Part shown: positions 20,380-29,622 of the stretch, piece by piece
Numbering within the stretch: position 1 is the first letter of the stretch
How the letters are laid out: each line of letters begins with the position of its first letter
DNA from: an uncultured Planctomycetota bacterium
Lineage (GTDB): Bacteria; Planctomycetota; Planctomycetia; Isosphaerales; Isosphaeraceae
Length of the DNA: 64,000 bases
Reading direction: 5' to 3'
Assembly: GCA_963818265.1 (NCBI GenBank)
Contig: CAWFRS010000005.1
Coordinates: 1,628,587 to 1,692,586, forward strand
Position numbers and translations under genes: made by a program
The notes under the pieces: generated by a model
Told to the model about the DNA's origin: nothing
The model's input: the letters and a program-made list of their open reading frames with translations, nothing else
Databases searched by the model: none

Positions 20380-21630
20380 TCAATTTACTAACATGTCGTG
20401 TCCTCGCGCCGGCCCGGTCTTGAACTGGTTCAGGTCGACGTTGAAGAAGGGATCCACCTTCATGCCATCCGGTCCGACATGGACCAACCGAACAAAAAAC
20501 CGCCCCGAATGATCGAGCGTGCTCAGTAACGAGTTCGACACATACATTCGCTTGCCATCGCCGGTGACATGCATCATGTTGGGCTGAACACATGGCGAAA
20601 CCGTGCCCTTGAGCGTCGGATGTTCCGGATCCGACACGTCCCATTGCTGGATCAGATTGTCGCTAAAACAACTCACATAGAGATATTTGTCGTCAGGACT
20701 CTGTCGCAGGTCGGCGGGCAGAGCACCGGTGTCGGCGACCTTCTTGAATTCGTAATTCCCGTCACTCTTGCTTTTGAAGAGCCAGATCGAATTATCCAGT
20801 GCGCAATTGGTGAAGCCATAGTTATTTTCCGATTTCAGGCTCCAGCGCACTTCCAGAGGAGCCAATCCGACCTTGCCAACTTGCAAGGGCTGGCGCTTCT
20901 TGAAATCCCAGACAATCAGCTCCCGGCCGAAGTCTTTCAGGTCCATCTCGGCGAGCGGCTTGCGGAAGTTGCGATACGGAGTGAAGCTGCTCGTGACCAT
21001 GCGATTCAGGCTCGGCTTGATGGCGACATCGTAGCCATACGGAGCCTCGCCAGGGTTTTCGAGCCGCCTGATGAACTTACCATCATTCGTGAATTCGGCG
21101 AGACCCGCGGGCAAGCCGCCGTCAGGCCCCCCGAGAAACGCGATCAGCATCCGGCCGGGCAGGGCATAGTAGCTGTGCGGACTCGTCAAGCCGGTCATTG
21201 CAGGGACATTATCCAGCACCTTTTCGATCCGCGGTCTGGCAGGGTCGGATGCGACGTCGAGAATCCAGATGCGATTCGAGAACAAACCTCCCGCCCAGAT
21301 GCGCGTGCGGTCGTCGGTATAGCCCCAGTGATGGGTCTCATTTCCCTTTGAACCGAGGTCCAGCGTGTGCCCAATCGTGCCATAGCTTGGACTATCAGGA
21401 TCAACGTCGATGACCGTGACAAAGTCATTATCGCGCGCGTCGGCATCCACGCAGAAAACGTAAAGATACTTCTCGGGCCGATCGAGCCGCTTCACATAGG
21501 GGGATAAGCAGGTCTCGGCGCTGGCCGAAGATAATAGAGCGGCGAGCCCGAGCACCACCGCCGAGATCATCGATGAGCCAGGCCGCTTTCCCTTGTATCG
21601 GATCAGAATTCGCATGGCGCCGATCATCAT
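20380..21630 (-). CDS. Selenium-binding protein (SBP56) family, secreted; possible methanethiol-oxidase-like enzyme
   Basis: 416 aa with an N-terminal signal-like segment SMISAVVLGLAALLSSASA. SBP56-type motifs: GNETHHWGYTDDRTRIWAGGLFSNRIWILDV and YLYVSCFSDNLIQQWDVSDP. Confidence 0.75.
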   Translation of the reverse strand: MMIGAMRILIRYKGKRPGSSMISAVVLGLAALLSSASAETCLSPYVKRLDRPEKYLYVFCVDADARDNDFVTVIDVDPDSPSYGTIGHTLDLGSKGNETHHWGYTDDRTRIWAGGLFSNRIWILDVASDPARPRIEKVLDNVPAMTGLTSPHSYYALPGRMLIAFLGGPDGGLPAGLAEFTNDGKFIRRLENPGEAPYGYDVAIKPSLNRMVTSSFTPYRNFRKPLAEMDLKDFGRELIVWDFKKRQPLQVGKVGLAPLEVRWSLKSENNYGFTNCALDNSIWLFKSKSDGNYEFKKVADTGALPADLRQSPDDKYLYVSCFSDNLIQQWDVSDPEHPTLKGTVSPCVQPNMMHVTGDGKRMYVSNSLLSTLDHSGRFFVRLVHVGPDGMKVDPFFNVDLNQFKTGPARGHDMLVN

Positions 21631-21642
21631 TCGGGTCCTTTT

Positions 21643-22077
21643 CTAATGAGAGTCGGGCGTGGCGGCCGCGATTACCGGATCATTCGGTCGAGACCAGCGC
21701 GGCGGGGCCATAACGAATGTAATCAGGACGGCCAGCCCGAAGAGCGTGTAAATCGACGTGAAGACCCAGGGCTCGGCTCGGAAGAAGATCAACTGGTGAG
21801 CCCAGTAGCCCAGGAAATCGCCCGTGTAGACCACCTGGCCGGCCGTCTTGCGGAGCTCGGCTTCCCACACGGTAAGCGGGCAGGGGACGCCCAGCATCGC
21901 TTCGATGACGACAATACTAATCGCCGTCAGATGAAGCATTCGGAACCAGATGTTGCGAATCCAGCTCCAATGTAAAACCGCGCCTAGCAGAATGGCGACC
22001 AGGCCAAGGACGACGAAGCTGACATAAGTCGCGTGGATCAAGACGATGAAATCCGCAAGTATCCGGGCACTCAGCAT
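21643..22077 (-). CDS. DUF2784-like small membrane protein
   Basis: 144 aa with four predicted hydrophobic helices. It sits 12 nt upstream of the SBP56 gene on the same strand. Confidence 0.55.
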   Translation of the reverse strand: MLSARILADFIVLIHATYVSFVVLGLVAILLGAVLHWSWIRNIWFRMLHLTAISIVVIEAMLGVPCPLTVWEAELRKTAGQVVYTGDFLGYWAHQLIFFRAEPWVFTSIYTLFGLAVLITFVMAPPRWSRPNDPVIAAATPDSH

Positions 22078-22187
22078 GAGACCATTTCCCCCGAGGTCGA
22101 CGGGCGGCGCAAAACGTTCGCCTAACTCGTATGGTACCGACTCAATCGGCTGAAGGCACGAGGGGAAGAGATTGATCCCGCCACCGC

Positions 22188-22454
22188 TCAGTCTTCAAAC
22201 GTCGGCGCAAAACGCTTGCCGATCGCTCTGGCATAGCGCGCCAGCGTGTTTACCGTCGGATTAGGACAAAATCCGTTCTCGAGCCGGCTCAACGACGCCT
22301 TGTCGACACCCGAGCGCTCGGCAACATCGGTCAAGGTCAATCCGGCCGCTTCGCGGCTCTGGCGCAGCGATTCTATGAATCTGGACAGCGCAACGGCATC
22401 TTCCGGCTGCGTAACTGCATCGGCCGCCGCGATCTTCCCATGCTCGCGCCGCAA
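22188..22454 (-). CDS. XRE-family HTH transcriptional regulator
   Basis: LTLTDVAERSGVDKASLSRLENG is a canonical Cro/C1-type HTH; 88 aa. Confidence 0.7.
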   Translation of the reverse strand: MRREHGKIAAADAVTQPEDAVALSRFIESLRQSREAAGLTLTDVAERSGVDKASLSRLENGFCPNPTVNTLARYARAIGKRFAPTFED

Positions 22455-22567
22455 CGACGTCGCATCTCACCCGCCCTCGGCCGTCCCCGGAATTCTTTTC
22501 GCCCGATTGAGACTGTTTGCGATCAGATTACGCTATGTGGAGAAACATCCTTTTCGGAGACCCTCGC

Positions 22568-25500
22568 ATGGCGACCGATCACGAGCGAGTCAAAGCCCTG
22601 TTCCTGGCCGCCATCGAGCGCGGCGACCCTGCCGACCGCCAGGCATTCCTCCGCACTGAAGTCGGCGACGACGCCGAGCTGCGCGACCGGCTCGACGCCC
22701 TGCTGGCCGCCTATGAGCAACCGTCTGGCGCCCTGGATCGGCCCCTTGCTTCCGATCCTCTATCCACCGAAGCGCTCGACGCGACCCGGTCGGTCTCCGC
22801 GCCGCTTCCAGCAGGAGCTGGCGACGACAGCGCCACTCTCGGTCAACCGGCGCACGACGGCCCGAACGTGATCGACACGGTCATCGCCGATCGTTACAAG
22901 ATCCGCCAGGAGATTGGTGAAGGGGGGATGGGCACAGTCTACTTCGCCGAGCAGCTCCGGCCGGTCCGCCGCCAGGTGGCGCTCAAGCTGATCAAGCCGG
23001 GAATGGACTCGCGCAACGTCCTGGCCCGATTCGAGTCGGAGCGCCAGGCCCTGGCACTCATGGACCATCCCCACATCGCCCGCGTCCTCGACGCCGGGGC
23101 AACCGCCGACGGCCACCCCTTCTTCGTGATGGAGCTGGTCAAAGGCATCCCGATCACGGAGTACTGCGATGCCCACCGCCTCGACATCCCGGCCCGGCTG
23201 GCGTTGTTCCGTCAGGTCTGCTCGGCTGTGCAGCACGCCCACCAGAAGGGAATCATCCATCGCGACTTGAAGCCCTCGAATATCCTGGTCGAGGCCCACG
23301 ACGACAAGCCAGTCCCCAAGGTGATCGACTTCGGGCTGGCCAAGGCCACCAGCGGCATGCGGCTGAGCGATCACAGCCTCTTTACCGCCTTCGGCAGCGT
23401 CGCAGGCACTCCGCTGTACATGGCGCACCGAGCAGGCTGCCTTCAACGCGCTGGACGTCGACACCCGGGCCGACATCTACGCCCTCGGTGTGATCCTCTA
23501 CGAACTCTTGACCGGCTCGACGCCGATCCGCCGCGAGACGATGCAGCGCGCGGCGTTCGACGAGATGCTGCGTGTCATCCGCGAAGATGAGCCGCCGACG
23601 CCGTCGAGCCGGATCAGTACGTCGGAGGCATTGCCGAACCTGGCCGCGAGCCGTCATGTCGAGCCGGCGCGGCTCTCGCGGCTGGTGCGCGGCGAGCTCG
23701 ACTGGATCGTGATGAAGGCGTTGGCCAAGGAGCGCGAACGGCGCTATGCCTCGGCTATTGGCCTGGCCGACGACCTGGAGCGGCACTTGAACCATGAGGC
23801 GGTCGCGGCCGGCCCGCCGACGGCCGCCTACCGCCTGCGCAAGTTCGTCCGCCGCAACCGCACCCAGGTCACGGCGGCGGCCCTGGTGCTTGTCGTGCTG
23901 GTACTGGGTGTGGTCGGCACGACCGTCGGCCTGTTCGAGGCCCGACGGCAGGAGCAGGTCGCTGAAAGCCAGCGCCAGCAGGCCGAGAAGCGGCTGGCCC
24001 AGGTCACGAAAATGAATGACATTCTCGGCTCGATCTTCAAGGACCTCGACCCCCAGAACTCGCAGAAGGATGACAAGCCGCTGTCGACGGTTTTGGGCGA
24101 GCGGCTCGACCGGGCGACGGCCGAGATCGAGGGGGAAGCCATCGGCGACCCGCTCGCCGTGGCCCGGATGCAGATGACCCTGGGCAGTTCGCAGCTCGGT
24201 CTGGGCTACCCGGATCGGGCGATCGCGCTCTTCACCAAGGCACGCACCACCTTTACCGCCGAGCTCGGTCCCGACCACCCTGATACGCTCCGCAGTGTGA
24301 GCGAGCTCGTCTACAGCTATTACGCCGCCGGCCAGAACGACCGGGCGCTGAAGCTCAGCGAAGAGACGCTGGCATCGACGAAAGCGAAGTTCGGCCCCGA
24401 CCACCCCGACACGCTCAGAATCATGGAAAGCCTCGCTATCAGCTGTAGGGCCGCCGGCCAGAATGATCGGGCACTGAAGCTCTGCGAGGAGATTCTGGCG
24501 TCGACGAAAGCGAAGCTCGGATCCGACCACCCCTCAACACTCGTAGCCATGGTGAACCTCGCTGCCAGCTATCTCGACGCCGGCCAGTTTGACCGGGCGC
24601 TGAAACTCTGCGAAGAGGGGCTGGCATCGACGAAAGCGAAGCTCGGCCCCGACAACCTCCTCACGCTCCAAATCATGAACAGCCTCGCCAACAGCTATCG
24701 CGGCACCGGCCAGACCGACCGGGCGCTGAAGCTCTACGAGGAGACGCTGGCATTGCAGAAGGCGAAGCTCGGACTCGACCACCCCGATACGCTTCGGAGC
24801 ATGAGCAACCTTGCCATCATCTATACCGACGCCGGCCGGAACGACCGGGCAATCACGCTCCACGAGGAGGCGCTGGCGTTGCGGCAGACGAAGATCGGTC
24901 CCGATCACCCCGAAACGCTCCTGAGCATGGGCAATCTCGCCTACAGCTATTCCGTGTCCGGCCAGAACGACCGGGCGCTGAAGCTTTTCGACGAGACCCT
25001 GGCGCTCATGAAGGCAAAGCTCGGACCCGACCACCCTCATCGAGCCTCATTTCTCGTTGACCAGGCCCAATGCCTGGCGAATTCCGGGCAGCTCGACCGC
25101 GCCGGCACGGTCCTTGACCAGGTCATCGCGTCGCGTCGCAAGACCCTGGGTGACGGTCATCCCGACACCTTGCGGGCCAGGATCTCCCGAGCCGAGCTCG
25201 ACTTGGCCCGCGGCCAGTTCGACGCCGCCCTTGCCGCCGATCGGGCGATCCTGGAGGAGTGCCGTGCCCGCCTCGGTACCGACGACTCGGTCACGACCGC
25301 CGCCACACTCGCCCTGGCCCGGGTGCTGGAGTCGCGAGGCGATCGTGACGCGGCCGCACCGCTGTATCGCACCGCGCTGGAATCGGCCCGCAAGAACGCG
25401 ACCGACCGCGATACGCTCGCCACGGCCCAGGCTGAGTCGGGCCGGTCGCGGCTCGCCGCCGGCGATTGGACCGCGGCCGAAGCGTTGCTCCGCGAGGCCC

Positions 25501-25796
25501 TGGCGGTCTGCGCGGCCGACAAGTCCCAGCACTGGGTTACCGCCGAGGCACGCTCGCTCCTGGGCGGAGCCCTGCTGGGCCAGAAGAAGAAAGCAGCCGA
25601 GGCCGCGCCGCTACTCCGTTTGGGCTACGAGGAGATGGCGCGGTCGGCCAAGGCGGTCCCGCTGGTCGACCGGCCCCGGCTGGCCGAGGCGCTCGATCGC
25701 CTGATCGCGGCCGGTGAGGCGGCCGGTACCAAGGCCGAGGTTGCGGCGTGGAAGGTCGAGCGTGCCAAACTCGAGGCCGGCGGACCGAAGCCATGA
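22568..25796 (+). CDS. Ser/Thr protein kinase with one TM segment and a long TPR (KLC-type) repeat region; 1-nt frame break at 23427
   Basis: Kinase motifs: GEGGMGTVYFA, VALK, HRDLKPSNILV, DFGLA, GTPLYMA. Deleting the A at 23427 gives ...[34 protein letters not shown], which joins ORF 22517-23590 to ORF 23490-25796. More than 10 repeats of the type GPDHPDTLRSM.NLA..Y...G..DRAL.L.EE.LA follow. Confidence 0.85.
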
Positions 25797-26323
25797 GCGT
25801 ACCCGAGGGGGTCGAGCCCCCCGCGCCGCCCGGCGGCTACTTCTCGGTGGTCTACGACGAGCTCAAGCGGCTGGCCGCCGCCCGACTCGCTGGCGAGCCC
25901 GCCCGACGATCGCTCGATGCCACATCGCTGGTCCACGAGGCGTATCTTCGCCTGGGAGCGGCGTCATTCGCCGACCGCAGCGGCTTCTTCCGCGCCGCGG
26001 CTGTCGCCATGCAGCGGATCCTGGTTGACCGCGCCCGCCGCCGTAAGGCCGCAAAGCGCGGCGGCGACGCGCGGACGATCGCCCTTGATGGGGATGCCTT
26101 CGCCTCAGGCGCCGACCCCGACTTGGTGCTCGATGTCGCCACGGCGCTGGAGCGGCTGGCACGCGAGGACCCATCCTCGGCCGAGGTCGCCCGCCTACGT
26201 CTCTTCGCCGGGTTGTCGATTGACGACGCTGCCCTGGCGCTGGGCGTCTCCCGTGCCACGGCCTTTCGCGAGTGGTCCTACGCCCGATCCTGGCTTGCCA
26301 CCGCGCTGGACTCGGCCCAATGA
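25793..26323 (+). CDS. ECF-type sigma factor (Sigma70_ECF-like), translationally coupled to the upstream kinase
   Basis: The ATG at 25793 overlaps the kinase TGA (ATGA). Motifs: ...VVYDELKRLAAARLAGEP...SLVHEAYLRL...MQRILVDRARRRKAAKRGG...LALGVSRATAFREWSYARSWL. Confidence 0.8.
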   Translation: MSVPEGVEPPAPPGGYFSVVYDELKRLAAARLAGEPARRSLDATSLVHEAYLRLGAASFADRSGFFRAAAVAMQRILVDRARRRKAAKRGGDARTIALDGDAFASGADPDLVLDVATALERLAREDPSSAEVARLRLFAGLSIDDAALALGVSRATAFREWSYARSWLATALDSAQ

Positions 26324-26502
26324 CCGAGGACAACAGAGCCCCGATTGGTGCCCAACGTCAGCGCCAAAAAGGCCAGAGAAACTCGACCGATCGGCGCACC
26401 GCCGATTTCGGTCCGGACCATCCCCCGCCTCGGGGTCCTTTTCACAAATAGGGTGGGCTTGTGAAATTCCTGTATCAAAATGAAGGCACAGTTTGTTAGG
26501 AT

Positions 26503-26656
26503 GGCGAGCGTCACCGCGAGCTGAGTGCCTTCGCAGGCTCGACAGAGTCTCGCCCTCCCAAATTTCGCTCCGTCGCGTCGTTCGAGATTGCTGGGGAGGG
26601 CGAGCGTCGCCGCGAGCTGAGTGCCTTTCCAGGCTCGACAGAGTCTCGCCCTCCCA
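26503..26656. repeat. Two copies of a ~58-bp palindromic intergenic repeat (REP/MITE-like)
   Basis: 26503-26560 and 26598-26656 are about 93% identical: GGCGAGCGTC(A/G)CCGCGAGCTGAGTGCCTT..CAGGCTCGACAGAGTCTCGCCCTCCCA. In copy 2 the ends GGGAGGGCGAG / CTCGCCCTCCC can pair. Confidence 0.7.
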
Positions 26657-26728
26657 AGAGCTACGAACGGGACGGTAAGGATCCAGTAAAGCGAAAAAAT
26701 AACATCGATGAGCGGTGTTATTTTGATC

Positions 26729-27987
26729 TTATTGGTCCAACGTCAGCCCTTCTTGGGCATGAAAATCCAGGCTCGCGGCGCCGTCAGCCGCCTGGCAGAT
26801 GTGCACATCGGGAACGGTTCCGGTCGCACGGCAATAGGCCGCCTTGACGGCGTCGGCAAACCCGGCGGCTTGCTCCATTTGCACCAGGTTGACCGTGCAT
26901 CCCGCCCAGCCGCCCCGAGAGTTTGCCGCCCAGAAAGCCAGGGGCACTCTCGGCGGCCTCGATCAGCGCATCGAGGGCCGGCGAGCTATTCTCGAAGTCG
27001 TCGCGGCTCGACGCGTGCGACTCGGTCATCAAGCGGCCGAAACCGACGACATCGCCGCTTTTCAATGCATCGACACCTTTTCGTACACGCATGTTCTCAT
27101 TCAGAACGTGCCTCGCCCGCTTTCGGCCGACCGGGTCAAGCGCGTCCCAATGCGTGATCACGTGTTCGAGCGTCAACGACGACAGCCGTAACGATCCTTC
27201 GTGGCTGAATCGATCGCGGAAAAACGTCACGACTCGCTCGGTCTCGGCGCGCCTCGTGTTATACATCCCATCGGCGAGCCGACGCGACGTCTTCGAATCA
27301 CACACGATGATCGCCGGCGCGGGCGTGCCCAGTGAGACGCGTTCGTGAACCAGGGTCTCGCAATCGAGAAACAGCGCATGATTTGCTCGGCCGAACAGGC
27401 TGGCGAACTGATCGAGAAGGCCCGAGCCGACGCCGACGAATTCGTTTTCCGATCGCTGTAACACATGAGCCAATTGCATGCGCAGCGAATCGTGGTGATC
27501 ATCGGCACCCAGGGCGTCGCTCGAAAAGCCCGGTACGATGCCCAGTTCGATCAAGAATCGGGCCATGGATGCCTGAAGGCTCGCCGAGCTCGAAAGGCCG
27601 GCGCCCAGAGGGACATCGCCAACGATCGACGCTTCAAAGCCCGACGTCAAAGGCGCAAGCCCGTTCGCTCAGTGCCCAGCAAACGCCGCGGACATAGCGC
27701 GTCCAGGCGCCGTCTTCGGTGCGCTCGATCGCATCGAGCGAAAAGTGGTCGGACTGTTGAAAAGTGACCGATTCGATACGGGCGGATCGACCGGGAGCCG
27801 GCCGGCCCGCGACGACCGTGTAGCGATCGATCGCGGCGGCCATCACGAGACCGCCGTTGTAGTCGGTGTGATTGCCCAGGAGCTCGACGCGGCCAGGAGC
27901 AAGGCCCGCAACGGTCGGCTCACCGCCAAAGTGCGTGGTGAACGCCGCGCGGGCTTGCGCGAGTAAAGCATCGAGCGTCTCGGGCAT
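26729..27987 (-). CDS. galK: Galactokinase (GHMP kinase), two 1-nt frame breaks
   Basis: N-terminal GRVELLGNHTDYNGG; GHMP motif PLGAGLSSSAS; C-terminal ...GGWAGCTVNLV.... Three ORF pieces (27634-27987, 26784-27650, 26729-26947) join at about 27665 and 26920. Confidence 0.8.
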
Positions 27988-28017
27988 GTCTTTAGCGATC
28001 GGTCAGATCAGGTCACG

Positions 28018-29211
28018 TCAGGCGACTGTCGACGGTGCGAACGTATTGGCCGCTTCGCGGAGAAGGTGGGCTTTATCCGTCTTCTCCCAGGTGAACTCGG
28101 GCTCCGAGCGGCCAAAGTGGCCGCCGCTGGCCGTCTTGCGATAGATCGGCCGCCGCAAGTCGAGATGCTTGATGATGCCCGAGGGGTTGAGCCGGAAGTG
28201 CTTGAGCACCAGCTCGGCGATCATCGTGTCGGGGATCGTGCCGGTGCCCTGCGTATCGACATGAACGCTCACCGGTTCGGAAACCCCGATCGCATAAGCG
28301 AGCTGGATCTCGCAGCGCTCGGCCAGCCGCGAGGCCACGATGTTCTTGGCCACGTAGCGAGCCATGTAGGCCGCCGAGCGGTCGACCTTTGTGGGATCCT
28401 TGCCGCTGAAGGCCCCGCCACCGTGCCGGCCCATGCCGCCATACGTATCGACAATGATCTTGCGTCCGGTCACACCCGAATCGCCGTGCGGACCACCAAT
28501 CACGAACTTGCCGGTGGGATTGATGTGGAACGTCGGCGAGCCGTTCAAAAGCTCGGCCGGCAACACCGGCATGATCACCTGATCGGTGATCGTCTTGACG
28601 ATCTCGGCCTGGCTCACTTCGGGGGAATGCTGGGTCGAGACCACCACCGTGTCGATCCGCACGGGTGTAAACCCGTCATATTCGATCGTCACCTGGCTCT
28701 TGGCGTCGGGGCGGAGCCACGGAATCGTGCCGTCCTGGCGGAGCTCGGTGATCCGATTGATGATCCGATGCGCCAGGGCGATCGGCAATGGCATCAACTC
28801 GTCGGTCTCGTTACAGGCAAAACCGAACATCATCCCCTGGTCGCCGGCGCCAATGTCCTTGCCGCTGGAGCTATCTTCATTGACCCCCTGGGCGATATCG
28901 GGCGACTGCTTGCCCAGCGCGACCATCACGGCGCAGGTCGTCGCATCAAAGCCCATGTCACTTGACGTGTAGCCAATATCACGGACAACCTGGCGGACGA
29001 TCGACGGATAATCGACCATCGCCTTCGTGGTGATCTCACCGGCCAGGCACACGAGGCCCGTCGTCAGCAAGCTTTCACAGGCGACTCTGGCGAAAGGGTC
29101 TTGCTCCAGAATGGCATCCAGAATGCCGTCGGAGATCTGATCGGCCATCTTGTCGGGATGGCCCATCGAGACTGATTCGCTCGTAAACAGGTATCGATCT
29201 TGATGCGGCAC
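28018..29211 (-). CDS. metK: S-adenosylmethionine synthetase
   Basis: ...[22 protein letters not shown]..., [32 protein letters not shown] prefer the GTG at 29211, which has AGGAGA 9 nt upstream, over the longer track ORF start at 29256. Confidence 0.9.
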   Translation of the reverse strand: MPHQDRYLFTSESVSMGHPDKMADQISDGILDAILEQDPFARVACESLLTTGLVCLAGEITTKAMVDYPSIVRQVVRDIGYTSSDMGFDATTCAVMVALGKQSPDIAQGVNEDSSSGKDIGAGDQGMMFGFACNETDELMPLPIALAHRIINRITELRQDGTIPWLRPDAKSQVTIEYDGFTPVRIDTVVVSTQHSPEVSQAEIVKTITDQVIMPVLPAELLNGSPTFHINPTGKFVIGGPHGDSGVTGRKIIVDTYGGMGRHGGGAFSGKDPTKVDRSAAYMARYVAKNIVASRLAERCEIQLAYAIGVSEPVSVHVDTQGTGTIPDTMIAELVLKHFRLNPSGIIKHLDLRRPIYRKTASGGHFGRSEPEFTWEKTDKAHLLREAANTFAPSTVA

Positions 29212-29622
29212 GGGAGCGTGTCTCCTAACCGTTCGATTCAGAGCGTATTGAGCCAAGCGGGCTGCCCAGAGAGAACGGGCAATCGGTCGGCCTGGGGCGA
29301 GTCATTTTCACGCAACGATGACGTTATGCGAGAGTCGAGTTTAGCAAACAAGCGAGCCATTGAAAAGAATCGGGATCAGGCTGTTGCCGATATCCATCAA
29401 TGTAAGTTCACAGCGTGGCATGCCATTTGGCGAAACAGACTGCCCGCGTTGCGGTTGTGGTTGCCAGACCGATCCTTAAAAAGGGAGGTCGTCAGGGCAG
29501 AGACACTCCCGGCCCCAGAGGGTCCGTGACCGAAAAAGTGCGCTCGCCCTTGATCACCAAGATGGCGGCCTGCCCCCAGATCGAGGCAAGCCGCCCATGG
29601 TGCTGACTCATCGGCGAACGGG

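Noticed and set aside
29212-29622. SAM riboswitch in the metK 5' leader
   Set aside because: I read the minus-strand leader and could not find the conserved SAM-I or SAM-II core elements. This was not tested with a covariance model, so absence is not proven.
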